In this document: positions 19,226 through 29,743 of the stretch, in pieces
How the letters are laid out: every line of letters starts with the position of its first letter
How positions within the stretch are numbered: the first letter of the stretch is position 1
NCBI GenBank assembly: GCA_963811105.1
Contig: CAWEPZ010000009.1
Coordinates: 160,001-224,000 of the forward strand
From: Candidatus Bathyarchaeota archaeon
GTDB lineage: Archaea; Thermoproteota; Bathyarchaeia; Bathyarchaeales; Bathycorpusculaceae
Length of the DNA: 64,000 nt
Direction: 5' to 3'
Position numbers and translations under genes: made by a program
Notes under the pieces: generated by a model
What the model was told of the DNA's origin: nothing
Seen by the model: only the letters and a program-made list of their open reading frames with translations
Databases searched by the model: none

Positions 19226-19309
19226 TCATGGCGATTCACGATTAAAGATTTGATTGATTGTTAAACTAAATAAACCATGCCACTAACAGACTAATATGGC
19301 AGGAACAAA

Positions 19310-20014
19310 ATGGCGGTTAAACCAACAAAATCCTCAGATTACAATGAAGTAACATACAATGGCCTACGTTGGCAACTACTTAGCGATCTCAGAGGCAAAG
19401 CGTCAGTAGTCATGGCTGCTCTGGAAGTGTTTCATTTGCAGTCGGTTGTGCATGGCAGCGTTGCCAGAGGTGATGTACACAAGAATAGTGATATCGACGT
19501 TTTCATTGCGGAAATGCAAAATAGTTTTCTAGTAGAAACTGCCTTGGAAAAGGCAGCCATACCCATCGGCGCCCGATTGATTGTTCAAGCCACCCCAACA
19601 TACGCAATGAAGGCACACATAGAAATCACTGAAAAAATCTCTGTTACTTTTCCATTGATGCAAATGCGCAGGGTAGAGAGGGAATTTTACGGGTTCGGTG
19701 GAGAAGCAAAACTAAGCCAACTTCAAGTTGGCAACCGTGTGCCGGGGGTGGATAAGCGACTTATGCTTATTGAACCGACAGAAAAAGGACACATAGAAAG
19801 CAGCGTTATAGGTAAAGAGGAGTCTGCAGCTAAGATTTTGGGAATTTCATCTGAAACTGTTTTGGATAGAGTCCATACACTTTTGAAACGTGATACGGTG
19901 GGGAGAACAGGAGTTTTCATCAAGAAAGAGTTAATGCCTGACGAAACTTTTGAGTTGGCGCTTAAAAAGCTCTCTGAATTAAATCCTGCAGTTCGTAGAC
20001 GAATGAAAAAATAG
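19310..20014 (+). CDS. Archaeal predicted nucleotidyltransferase (COG2413-like)
   Basis: HGSVARGDVHKNSDID; EFYGFGG; RVPGVDKRL; GRTGVF. Confidence 0.85.
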   Translation: MAVKPTKSSDYNEVTYNGLRWQLLSDLRGKASVVMAALEVFHLQSVVHGSVARGDVHKNSDIDVFIAEMQNSFLVETALEKAAIPIGARLIVQATPTYAMKAHIEITEKISVTFPLMQMRRVEREFYGFGGEAKLSQLQVGNRVPGVDKRLMLIEPTEKGHIESSVIGKEESAAKILGISSETVLDRVHTLLKRDTVGRTGVFIKKELMPDETFELALKKLSELNPAVRRRMKK

Positions 20015-20016
20015 GT

Positions 20017-20592
20017 TTAAGGGGTAGCTGGAGCTGGGTAGTAGATGAGTTCTTTCTCTTCCAATAGCGCCTGTATTTTGTCAACTGCTTCGTAAACTTG
20101 CTCTTCTTTCTTGGCTCCAACACAGACAAGTTTTCCTGCTGAAAAGATTAGGAAAACAACTTTAGGTTCATCCATTCGGTAAACTGCACCTGGAAACTGC
20201 TCAGGTTCATACATGACTTTGCTAAGCTTATACACTAAGCTTTCAAGGTCAATTTCACCGCCTAGTTCCGCAGAAGCAACAATATTTTGAATCATTACGA
20301 CTGGTTTTTCTGTTATTTGGATCCCTTCGCTTCGAAGCTCTTTAACCACTTTCTCCACTGCGCTGCGTGATTCTTTTTCAGATTTAGCGCCTGTGCAAAC
20401 CATTTTGCCTGTGCCGAAAATTAAGGTTGCTGTTTTTGGTTTTTTGAGTCTGAAAACTAAACCTGGAAATACGCTTGGGTTGTATTCGGTTTGCGGGAAT
20501 TTCTCCACGATTTTTTGCAGGTCAATTTTCTGATTAAGTGAGACAGAAGCTACAATGTTTTGTATGTTAATGATTGGTTTTCTTTTACTCAT
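20017..20592 (-). CDS. tbp: TATA-box binding protein
   Basis: Two repeats IQNIVAS...YNPSVFPG/YEPEQFPG...LIFGTGK/LIFSAGK. Confidence 0.98.
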   Translation of the reverse strand: MSKRKPIINIQNIVASVSLNQKIDLQKIVEKFPQTEYNPSVFPGLVFRLKKPKTATLIFGTGKMVCTGAKSEKESRSAVEKVVKELRSEGIQITEKPVVMIQNIVASAELGGEIDLESLVYKLSKVMYEPEQFPGAVYRMDEPKVVFLIFSAGKLVCVGAKKEEQVYEAVDKIQALLEEKELIYYPAPATP

Positions 20593-20611
20593 GTAAATTC
20601 ACGCGCTTGAG

Positions 20612-20653
20612 TATTTAAATAGCACAGGGGGTATATAAAGCATCTATATAAAG
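20612..20653 (-). promoter_or_regulatory. Cluster of TATA-like boxes upstream of tbp
   Basis: Minus strand: CTTTATATA twice (20645-20653, 20632-20640) plus palindromic TATTTAAATA (20612-20621). Confidence 0.55.
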
Positions 20654-20711
20654 GACACCCAACCGCTAACCCAACAAGTGGACAGGTTTTCTGGAAAGAT
20701 AACCCAAAAAA

Positions 20712-21812
20712 TTATTTCGTAGTGATATCCCGATAAATTGGAAACCTTAGCAAAGCAGCAATCCCGCTTAAAGCTAACAGTTTTGATCCAGCTTCATGCT
20801 CGGTGCTGATTACAGTTACGGTTGCACGCCGTTTCTCCACGTCATGCATAAGTCTCTCGAGTTTCAGCCGCTGCTCTTCATCAGCATCTCGAAGTGCGGT
20901 ATCTGCTACTACCAATTTCTCAATAGCGCCGATGTTAGCGGCATTTTCCACGGCATCTAAACCATAGGTAACTGTACCTTCTCCTTTTCCAAGCCGCTTC
21001 AGAACTTCCTCAACGATTTCTGTTTCATCAACAACGCGAAGTTGATGAGTAGCTTTGAGCAAAACACCTGAACGCAACGCTTCATAAATTCCTGCGGTTC
21101 CTCCGTTGTTAACGCTTTTCACATCCGCAACGGATTTGGACATTTCCTGCGCTTCCTCAGAGAGATATCTTGCAAAATCGTTCTTGATAAAACCTGCACC
21201 AATAACTATGATTGGATTGTGGTTTTGAGACCACAGTTGTAGAAGGCTGTTGACTGCACGTCGAAAATACGCTTTTGTTCCTTCCACACGTTTATCGGCT
21301 TCGTGCTTGCCTGGCAGTTTGGTTCGTTCTTCAACTTTGATTTCCACACCATACTGTTTGGTTTCCGCTACGGCAAAGCCTTCATCATCTATAGAGATTA
21401 TCAGCATAGGTTTTTCGGTTTCGCTTGCCTTTGTAAGCCTGTCCAATAAATGAGTGGGCCATTTTTTCTTCACAATCGTTACCTGCTGATTTAACGCTAT
21501 GCTAAGTGTATGATGCGCCCCAGTTGGGATAATATCTGGTGCGTGACAAATCAAGCCGTGAACCCTCAGTTTACCCAAGAACTTGTCCCAGCTGACAGAA
21601 ATTACTTTTACCCCCATGAAGGCAGAAACGCGCTCGCCGCTTTTGGGACGGGAGGCTTCAGTGTCATTTTTTATCGCTCTTGAGCTGTAAGCGTAAACCT
21701 CATCGCCTTGATAGATGACGTTATATAAGTGCCAAAGGTCATCCGGCGTGTCAGGAACTACTTTAACGAAATCTTGCTCTATGTTTTTCTCAACAATCTT
21801 CACAATTTGCAC
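20712..21812 (-). CDS. pelA: mRNA surveillance/ribosome rescue protein pelota
   Basis: DDLWHLYNVI, LRVHG, HHTL, YGLDAV, EHEAG...GIAALLRF. Confidence 0.95.
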   Translation of the reverse strand: MQIVKIVEKNIEQDFVKVVPDTPDDLWHLYNVIYQGDEVYAYSSRAIKNDTEASRPKSGERVSAFMGVKVISVSWDKFLGKLRVHGLICHAPDIIPTGAHHTLSIALNQQVTIVKKKWPTHLLDRLTKASETEKPMLIISIDDEGFAVAETKQYGVEIKVEERTKLPGKHEADKRVEGTKAYFRRAVNSLLQLWSQNHNPIIVIGAGFIKNDFARYLSEEAQEMSKSVADVKSVNNGGTAGIYEALRSGVLLKATHQLRVVDETEIVEEVLKRLGKGEGTVTYGLDAVENAANIGAIEKLVVADTALRDADEEQRLKLERLMHDVEKRRATVTVISTEHEAGSKLLALSGIAALLRFPIYRDITTK

Positions 21813-21942
21813 TTCTCTTAGCTATCTGCGTAAACAAAGAAATAAAAACATACTATAACACAAAAATAATACAATCAAGAATTAACCAAAATTGGTGAAA
21901 TACTAACAATCTTTAAATTTATTCAGACGATTATTAACAATC

Positions 21943-22287
21943 ATGTCAGCCAAGTTTGAAAGCCTCCTCACAGATTATCTCAAAACCCGCCTAGGCACCT
22001 ACAAAAAATATTTGTTAGCAGCCCTAGACAACAAAGATGGATGCCTATGGTATATTGAATACAGCGAAGGAATGAAACAGCCTAATTCTGATCTTAAAAA
22101 CTGCGAGCTACTACGAGACGCACTATTTTTCCGTGAAGATACCCGAATGGCCCGCAATGGACGAACTACCTATAAGATTTACTGTTTAACAGATGTAGGC
22201 AAGAAGACAGCACAAGAATTAAGGGATGAAAGCATAATTAGCGAAGACGACAAGCTTTTGAACCCAATAACCTTCCTCGCTCAATAA
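21943..22287 (+). CDS. Hypothetical protein, possible winged helix
   Basis: KIYCLTDVGKKTA resembles a wHTH wing/terminal helix. Confidence 0.65.
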   Translation: MSAKFESLLTDYLKTRLGTYKKYLLAALDNKDGCLWYIEYSEGMKQPNSDLKNCELLRDALFFREDTRMARNGRTTYKIYCLTDVGKKTAQELRDESIISEDDKLLNPITFLAQ

Positions 22288-22349
22288 TCTTTCTTTTTAA
22301 AAATATTTATTGTGTTTGCGCAAAATGTGGAAAATAGAAGAAAGGCTGC

Positions 22350-24524
22350 TTAAATCAAATGCAGCAGATTAAGGAACAGCGGAATAAACACAATTGAAAG
22401 AGTGCTTAGAAGTTTTATCAGTACGTGCAAGCTTGGTCCAGCTGTATCCTTCATTGGATCTCCAACAGTATCGCCGACCACTGCTGCTTGATGTGCTTGA
22501 GAGTTTTTGCCGCCTAAATTACCAGCCTCAATGTATTTCTTAGCGTTATCCCAGGCGCCGCCTCCCGTGTTCATCAGCAACGCTAATGGCACAGCGGTCA
22601 AAGTGCAGCCAATTACTAATGCTCCTACAGCTATAGGTCCAAGCAGAACACCGACAACCAAAGGTACAACGAGAACAACCACTCCCGGAAGCACCATTCC
22701 CTTCAATGCCGCTTTTGTGCTAATGTCTACAGCTTTATCGTATTCAGGTTTGGCTGTGCCTTCAAAGATTCCCGGAATCTCTCTGAATTGTCTTCGAACT
22801 TCATCAACCATTTCGCTTGCTGCTTTCCCAACAGCGCTGATTGCTTGAGCAGAGAACAGGAAAGGCAACATGCCACCGATAAAAGCAGCTACTAACACGG
22901 CAGGATTGGAAATGTCAACCGCTAAGCTCGTGGGCAACTTAAAGTGCAATGTTGCCTCTTGAGAGTACGTTTGAAACAGCAGTTGAGCAGCCAACAATGC
23001 TGAGCCCAACGCGAACCCTTTGGTTAAGGCTTTTGTGGTGTTTCCAACGGCATCTAAGGCTTCCATGGTTTCTTCTGCGCCTTTTTCTCCTGACATTTCA
23101 GCTATTCCTGCAGCGTTGTCAGCGATTGGGCCGAAGCCGTCGAGAGCTAAAACCATGCCCATGACAGCTAGCATGCCCATGGTGGCTAATGTTGTGCCGT
23201 AGATTCCTCCAATGAACTGTGGAATTTGTTGCGATGCGATTGGATGCACGCTGTTCCATGAAATCGCAAATTGCGTACCGAAGAAATAAGATAATATTAG
23301 TGCAACACCTAGCGAAATTATGGGGAGAGCGGTCGTTTCTAAGCCAACTGCGAAACCCGTAATTATGTTGGTCGCGCTTCCTGTTTGACTTGCAACAGCT
23401 ATTCGTTTTACTGGACCTCTATCTCTACCTGTATAGTAATCAGTAATGTAATCGATACTTACGCTTGCTGCCAAACCGGTAAGTAAACAATAGAACAGGT
23501 AAATATTACCAAAGAAAACCAATGATACAATGAAGAACAAAATACCTGAAACAATAGTGGTAACCATTAAACCTTTACGCAAAGCTTTCATCGGGTTCTT
23601 AGCTTCCTTCGCATTTAACTTAACGAAAGGCATTCCAACAAGTGTTGAAAAAATTCCCAACGCCCGCGCAATAAGCGGGAAAATCAGAAAAAGAAGGTTT
23701 CCAGTTGCAACACTTATTAATCCGCCGATAATCATGCCACCGATGTTCTCGCCAGTGGCAGACTCAAACAAATCTGCGCCTCTTCCAGCAGAATCACCGA
23801 CATTATCTCCCACGTTGTCTGCAATACATGCTGGGTTTCTTGGGTCATCCTCAGGAATACCAGCTTCAACCTTACCAACAATGTCTGCACCAATGTCTGC
23901 TGCTTTAGTGAAAATTCCGCCGCCAAGCTGAGCAAACAAAGCAATCAAAGAGGCACCAAAACCCATGCCGACAATTCCGCTGGCAGCTTTAATTCCGAGA
24001 TTAGCATCAGGAGTCCCTCCAAACAGAGCACCAAATCCACCATAAATGAGAAACAGGAAACTCACACCTAAAAGGGATAAACCAACTACGGCCATACCCA
24101 TTGTGGCTCCACCGTAAAACGCTGTTTTCAATGCTTTTTCGGCGCTTTCTTTTGCTGCCGCCACGGTTCGCACGTTTGCTTTTGTAGCGTTGTCCATAGC
24201 GATGTAGCCTGCAGCCAGTGAGGCAACTGCACCTACCAAGAAGGCTACGCCAGTGCCTAAACCGAGTGCTAACGAAAGCAAAACGAAGACTACCGCTGTA
24301 ATAATTGCGATAGTTTTATACTGCCTTTTTAGAAAAGCGTAGGCGCCAACACGAATTGCATCGGCAACTTCCACCGCCTTGGGGGAACCTGGGCTCATTC
24401 TCCCTATTTTACGCATAAGAAAAAGTGAAGCGGCAATGGCAATGATGCCAGCTATCGGTGCAATCCAAAAGACAACTGGAGAATCAAACGTAAATGCAAT
24501 TAAAGCCTGCAAATGTAGTAGCAT
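22350..24524 (-). CDS. hppA: Membrane-bound H+-translocating pyrophosphatase (K+-independent type)
   Basis: GGIFTKAADIGADIVGKVEAGIPEDDPRNP, DNVGDNVGD, GDTVGDPMKD; GNTTKA (Lys determinant). Confidence 0.95.
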   Translation of the reverse strand: MLLHLQALIAFTFDSPVVFWIAPIAGIIAIAASLFLMRKIGRMSPGSPKAVEVADAIRVGAYAFLKRQYKTIAIITAVVFVLLSLALGLGTGVAFLVGAVASLAAGYIAMDNATKANVRTVAAAKESAEKALKTAFYGGATMGMAVVGLSLLGVSFLFLIYGGFGALFGGTPDANLGIKAASGIVGMGFGASLIALFAQLGGGIFTKAADIGADIVGKVEAGIPEDDPRNPACIADNVGDNVGDSAGRGADLFESATGENIGGMIIGGLISVATGNLLFLIFPLIARALGIFSTLVGMPFVKLNAKEAKNPMKALRKGLMVTTIVSGILFFIVSLVFFGNIYLFYCLLTGLAASVSIDYITDYYTGRDRGPVKRIAVASQTGSATNIITGFAVGLETTALPIISLGVALILSYFFGTQFAISWNSVHPIASQQIPQFIGGIYGTTLATMGMLAVMGMVLALDGFGPIADNAAGIAEMSGEKGAEETMEALDAVGNTTKALTKGFALGSALLAAQLLFQTYSQEATLHFKLPTSLAVDISNPAVLVAAFIGGMLPFLFSAQAISAVGKAASEMVDEVRRQFREIPGIFEGTAKPEYDKAVDISTKAALKGMVLPGVVVLVVPLVVGVLLGPIAVGALVIGCTLTAVPLALLMNTGGGAWDNAKKYIEAGNLGGKNSQAHQAAVVGDTVGDPMKDTAGPSLHVLIKLLSTLSIVFIPLFLNLLHLI

Positions 24525-24695
24525 GTTGCAAAACCCAATACCTTACTGCTTATATATTTTTCCCGAATTTTTAACAGTATTCTAAATAAAATGTATCCAA
24601 TATGAATTACCTAAACTTTGCGCTAGCCAAGTTTGGTTGTATTTTTAAGCAAGGCAAATATAACTCAATAAGTCTGTGCTAAAAGTGATCAAGCG

Positions 24696-25820
24696 ATGCC
24701 TTCAAGATTAATTGTTGTTAAGGTTGGGACCAGCGGCATAACAACCGGTCAAGGACACCTTGACGAAAAAGAAATGCAAAAGTTAACCAGCCAAATAGCT
24801 GCAGCAATCAAACAGGAAAACAAAGTAGTTCTTGTAACTTCAGGGGCAATTGCAGCTGGAATCGCCGAACTAGGTATCCCCCCTAAACCTAATGATGTGG
24901 TGTTCCAACAAGCTGCCGCTGCGACCGGTCAAAGTGTGTTGATGGCGAAGTATCGTGAATTATTCAAAAAGCACGGATTAAAAGTTGCTCAAATTCTACT
25001 TACGGCCGAAGACCTTTCTAATCGGGCATCTTATGTACACACCTGCAACGTCTTAATGATGCTTCTTAAAACAGGCGTTATTCCCATAATCAACGAAAAC
25101 GATGTAACATCCGTTGATGAGCTTCGACAGAAAGAAGGATACAAAGTAAATTTCAGCGATAACGATATTCTTTCAGTTTTAGTTGCGAGTGCAATAGGTG
25201 CAGATTTGGAGATAATATTGTCAGATGTTGACGGTTTGTTTACAGCTGACCCCCAAGAACCTGGAGCCCAATTAATAAGAAATGTAGAATCAATAACACC
25301 TGAATTGAAAAACTCACTTAATGGAAAAAACAAATTAGGCAGAGGCGGAATCCGAAGCAAAATAAAAGCTGCCGAAATCGCCAGTTCATGCGGCATCCCA
25401 GTGATAATAGCTAACAGTCGAAGGGAAAACGTGCTATTAGATATTCTTGCAGGAAAAGATGTTGGCACCTTTTTTAAACCTCAGAATCCAATGTCTGCAG
25501 TGAAACGTTGGATTGCATATGGCGCCGCAGTAAAAGGCCAAATTCACGTAAATGAAGGCGCAAAAAAAGCCATTACCGACGGCTCAAGCTTGCTACCTGT
25601 TGGAGTAACACATGTCGTAGGCAACTTTAACGCAGGCGACGTGGTAAGCCTTGTTGACCAAAACAAAGTTGAGTTCGCTAAAGGCAACCCCAATTACACA
25701 AGTGGCGAGCTAAACTTAGTTAAAGGATTACAAATAACTGATGCCCAAAAGAAGCTTGGCAACGATAAACCTAAAGAAGTTATCGAGCACAGAAATATAC
25801 ATCTAATTGAGGAAGAATAA
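24696..25820 (+). CDS. proB: Glutamate 5-kinase with PUA domain
   Basis: VVKVGTS, TSGAI, PIINEND, FSDND, C-terminal PUA SLLPVGV. Confidence 0.95.
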   Translation: MPSRLIVVKVGTSGITTGQGHLDEKEMQKLTSQIAAAIKQENKVVLVTSGAIAAGIAELGIPPKPNDVVFQQAAAATGQSVLMAKYRELFKKHGLKVAQILLTAEDLSNRASYVHTCNVLMMLLKTGVIPIINENDVTSVDELRQKEGYKVNFSDNDILSVLVASAIGADLEIILSDVDGLFTADPQEPGAQLIRNVESITPELKNSLNGKNKLGRGGIRSKIKAAEIASSCGIPVIIANSRRENVLLDILAGKDVGTFFKPQNPMSAVKRWIAYGAAVKGQIHVNEGAKKAITDGSSLLPVGVTHVVGNFNAGDVVSLVDQNKVEFAKGNPNYTSGELNLVKGLQITDAQKKLGNDKPKEVIEHRNIHLIEEE

Positions 25821-27061
25821 TGATAACAGAAATATGCAGAAAGGCAAAAGCAGCTTCAGTTGAAATGGCAAAGCTCACAGCAGACGCAAAAAACACTGCA
25901 CTCTGCAAAATGGCAAATGCCCTTGAAGTGAACATACAGACGATTTTAGCGGCAAACCAAAAAGACGTTGAAGCTGCCAAATCAAAAGGGCTCAAAACCG
26001 CGCTGCTTGACCGATTGGCGTTGGATCAAAAGAAAATTCGAGGTATGGCCAACGACATACGGGAGGTTTCAGCCCTAGCTGATCCCATAGGCACAATCAT
26101 AAGCAGTTGGACGCGCCCTAACGGCTTGATAATCAGCCAAGTCCGTGTGCCATTAGGCGTGGTTGGAGTAATTTACGAGTCCCGACCCAACGTAACCTCT
26201 GATTCGGCTGCAATCTGTATCAAATCAGGAAACGCAGTAATTCTTCGCGGAGGCTCAGACGCCTTAAACTCAAATGTAGTTATAGGCGAAATGTTACGAA
26301 AAGCTCTATCGGAGACAATTGTTCCTGTAGACGCAATCCAAGTAGTGAATTCTCCTGACCGCAAAGTCGCAGAAGAACTAATGCGAATGCGCCAATACAT
26401 TGACGTACTCATTCCACGGGGTGGCACAGACTTAATCAAAACGGTAATAGAAACTTCTCGCATTCCAGTAATAGAAACGGGTACAGGTAATTGCCATATT
26501 TACGTTGAAGAAGACGCTGATTTAGAAAAAGCTACGCCTATAGTCATAAACGCTAAATGCCAAAGACCTGGAACATGTAATGCAGCTGAGAAACTTTTGG
26601 TTCACAGTAAAATAGCAAAACGTTACCTCCCAGTGGTGATTGGTGAGCTTCGAAAGCAGGGTGTTGAAGTTAGAGGCGACGAAGAAACACGAAAGATTGT
26701 TCCTGACGTTAAAGCTGCTACAGAACAAGACTGGTACACTGAATATCTAGATCTAATCATGGGCGTTAAAGTTGTGAAGAACCTAGACGAAGCCATAGCA
26801 CACATCAATAAGTATGGCACTCATCACTCAGATGCTATTCTCACAGTAGACTTCGATAAAGCCATGAAATTCGTCAAAGAAACAGATTCAGCCGCTGTCT
26901 ATTGGAACGCATCCACGCGATTCACAGACGGAAACCAGTTCGGCTTAGGCGCAGAAATAGGCATCAGTACTCAGAAACTCCATGCAAGAGGGCCCATGAG
27001 TCTTCAGCACTTAACTACAACAAAATACATTATTTTGGGTAGCGGACAAATCCGAAAATAA
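25820..27061 (+). CDS. proA: Gamma-glutamyl phosphate reductase
   Basis: VPLGVVGVIYESRPNVT, CNAAE, NASTRFTDG, ISTQKLHARGPM. Confidence 0.97.
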   Translation: MITEICRKAKAASVEMAKLTADAKNTALCKMANALEVNIQTILAANQKDVEAAKSKGLKTALLDRLALDQKKIRGMANDIREVSALADPIGTIISSWTRPNGLIISQVRVPLGVVGVIYESRPNVTSDSAAICIKSGNAVILRGGSDALNSNVVIGEMLRKALSETIVPVDAIQVVNSPDRKVAEELMRMRQYIDVLIPRGGTDLIKTVIETSRIPVIETGTGNCHIYVEEDADLEKATPIVINAKCQRPGTCNAAEKLLVHSKIAKRYLPVVIGELRKQGVEVRGDEETRKIVPDVKAATEQDWYTEYLDLIMGVKVVKNLDEAIAHINKYGTHHSDAILTVDFDKAMKFVKETDSAAVYWNASTRFTDGNQFGLGAEIGISTQKLHARGPMSLQHLTTTKYIILGSGQIRK

Positions 27062-27397
27062 AGGGAAATTCAAACGCTTTCATAGCACTTAATTTTAACT
27101 TACATCATGTAGCCCATCAAACTCAAAGACTTAACTCAATAATAATTTTGATAAAGCGCATGGATTATTCAAAAATAAGACGGCGCTGCCATACAGTTAA
27201 AGTAGAAGTCTAATAACTAAATTTCCACAGTTTTCCTTGAATCTCAGCAAGAAAAGACTCCCAGCCACTCAATAGTTTAGAAAGAAAATTAAAAATCAGG
27301 TTTCTATGTAACTGGGTTTTAACTTATCGTTTCAAACACTCTTTTATATTTTATTTCCCAAGTTCAAAATAGTGAGTGATATTAGGAGAATATTAAC

Positions 27398-28051
27398 TTG
27401 GGTAACCGATTTCTTAACAAATGGAAAGAAAGAGAACCGCAGCCATCTATATCATCGAAGATTAAAAAAATAGTCAAACCTTCCGAAAGCGTGAAAGAAC
27501 AAATCGGGATGGTAACTAAACGCATTGATATGCAAACCCAAAGTTTGGACATGGCGGTAAAACGTTTTGAGAACCGTGATTCTGACCTCTTCAAATGTGT
27601 CGTGAAAGCTATCACTGATAGAGATAAGGCACGAGCGAACATTCTAGCAGGTGAACTCTGGGAAATACGCAAAGTTGAGAAAATGCTGTCTCATGCATCG
27701 CTTGCTTTAGAAAGCGTCTCAATGCGTCTTAAGACAGTTTCAGAAGTTGGAGATTTAGTTGCAATCTTGACGCCAGCAGCAAGTGAACTGAACAGAATAC
27801 GCACAGGAATGTCTACTGTTTTGCCGGAAGCAGGCCGAGAACTCGAAAATATTGGAAGCCTGCTATCAGACATAGTGACCACAACCAATCAATCCTCAGA
27901 AACACCTGTGAATATTGGGATCACAGCAAACCCTGAAGCCGAAAAAATCTTGGAAGAAGCAGAATTCGCTGTAGAGTCAAGGCTTAGAGAACAATTACCA
28001 GAAGTAGCTGCTGGAGTTACTCTGAGCAAAAAAACAGAATTAGAAGTATAA
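27398..28051 (+). CDS. ESCRT-III/CdvB-like (Snf7 family) protein
   Basis: Coiled-coil core RANILAGELWEIRK...LALESVSMRLKTV..GD; EAEKILEEA...LPE tail. Confidence 0.85.
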   Translation: MGNRFLNKWKEREPQPSISSKIKKIVKPSESVKEQIGMVTKRIDMQTQSLDMAVKRFENRDSDLFKCVVKAITDRDKARANILAGELWEIRKVEKMLSHASLALESVSMRLKTVSEVGDLVAILTPAASELNRIRTGMSTVLPEAGRELENIGSLLSDIVTTTNQSSETPVNIGITANPEAEKILEEAEFAVESRLREQLPEVAAGVTLSKKTELEV

Positions 28052-28222
28052 CAAAGAATAAATATTTGCAAATCGCGGCAAGTTATTTTTTTTCTTTTTG
28101 TGTAATCTCAATTCTCACTAGAGTCTTCATAAGAAAAATTTGAATATTGGCTAATTACGATTTTCTGCAGTTGTCAAAAAAAATTTTGAAGATAGATCTT
28201 GTGGTTTAAAGAAGCTGCCTTT

Positions 28223-29722
28223 TTAGCCAAAACCTGGCAAAGAGTGCAGTTGATTTACCACAGGCTGGAGCCAGTTGAACACAATTTGGGGATACAGCCC
28301 AAGGACTATGATTGCACCTACAAGTATGAATATTGGAATAAGTAGGCGCTTAGATTCTCTTATTACTGTTTCATCTTTAGGTTTCCTGGCGTACATGTAA
28401 TTAACTAGTCTAAACAAGTACGCAGTTTGAATAACACTCGTCAATACACCTATAACAGCTAGCCATGCTAGATTTGCTTGGATAGCTGAGGTGAATACTA
28501 GGTATTTTGCCATGAATCCTCCGAATGGTGGAACTCCTGCAAATGATAACCCGGCCATAACCAATGCTAAGCTTACAAGCGGCATTTTTTTGCCTATTCC
28601 TGAGAAGTCTTCTAAGCTTTTGAATCCATGTCTGTTCATGATTCCCACTGCCATAAAAGCGAGTGCTGTTGTTATACCGCCGATAAGGAAGAAGTATAGG
28701 TTGCCTACGACTCCAAGTTGGGAGGTTCCGCTTGCTATTGCCACAAGGTTGTAGCCTACGTCTGCGACGCAGATGTTGGCGATTAAGCGTTTGACATCGG
28801 TTTGTATTAACGCGAATAAGTTGCCTACTATCATGGTTAATGCTGCCATTATAGCGAGCATTATTGTCCAATTTAGCGCTCCCGGTGGTGTTAAGATGAA
28901 AACTAATACTCTGATTAGAATGTAGTAGCTGCCCTGGTCAACGAGAGCCGATAAGAATGCTGAAGATGGTGCTGGAGCCGCAGTGTAGGCGTCAGGTAAC
29001 CAGAAGTGGAAAGGCACAACTGCAGTTTCAATTGCGTAGCCTGCAGCTATGAATACAAAAGCAATAATTAGTAATCGCTTATCTGTTAGAGATGCTAAAG
29101 CCTCGCGAACTGCCCAGAAGTTCAGGCTGCCAGTTAACCCGTAAACGATAGATAACCCAAAAACGATGAAAGCTGAAGCAATAATTATCATAACCAGATA
29201 CTTCAAAGTGGAGTTCAAAGTTAACGCATTTTTCCTGTACAACATTAGAAAGCCCGCGCCTGCTGCGGCTGCCTCCCAGAATATGAATAGAGTCAGAAGG
29301 TCTCCCGAAAGTACAGCGCCCAGCAATGCGCCTGTTAACATGAACATAATTGCAAAGTATCGCTCTGAAGGCCTTTCTTCACAACCAACAAAAAAGAGGG
29401 AATAAACCATTACTATTGCGGAGACTGCCACGATGATTACTGCCATGTAAACTGAGATTGCATCTATCATAAAACCGCTTGAAATCGACGGTGACCCACC
29501 GGTTACAGTTACGTTAACAAACGGTGACGACGCAGAAACAGCATTATATTTAGACACCAAATTTGCAACTGTTGCGGCAGCAACTATAAAAACAGCAATA
29601 ATCCAGCTGAGAGATAGAGCGGTTTTGTAATTGGTTTTTCTGATAGTCTTGAAAATTGGAATTGTCAGCAACGCTGCAACAATTAAGGTGAATATTGGTA
29701 ATATAATATCTATAATTTCCAT
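28223..29722 (-). CDS. nuoN: NuoN-like antiporter subunit of membrane hydrogenase
   Basis: VPFHFWLPDAY, KRLIA, GVPPFGGFMAK. Confidence 0.85.
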   Translation of the reverse strand: MEIIDIILPIFTLIVAALLTIPIFKTIRKTNYKTALSLSWIIAVFIVAAATVANLVSKYNAVSASSPFVNVTVTGGSPSISSGFMIDAISVYMAVIIVAVSAIVMVYSLFFVGCEERPSERYFAIMFMLTGALLGAVLSGDLLTLFIFWEAAAAGAGFLMLYRKNALTLNSTLKYLVMIIIASAFIVFGLSIVYGLTGSLNFWAVREALASLTDKRLLIIAFVFIAAGYAIETAVVPFHFWLPDAYTAAPAPSSAFLSALVDQGSYYILIRVLVFILTPPGALNWTIMLAIMAALTMIVGNLFALIQTDVKRLIANICVADVGYNLVAIASGTSQLGVVGNLYFFLIGGITTALAFMAVGIMNRHGFKSLEDFSGIGKKMPLVSLALVMAGLSFAGVPPFGGFMAKYLVFTSAIQANLAWLAVIGVLTSVIQTAYLFRLVNYMYARKPKDETVIRESKRLLIPIFILVGAIIVLGLYPQIVFNWLQPVVNQLHSLPGFG

Positions 29723-29743
29723 TTAGAGTTCACCCTGCTGTTT

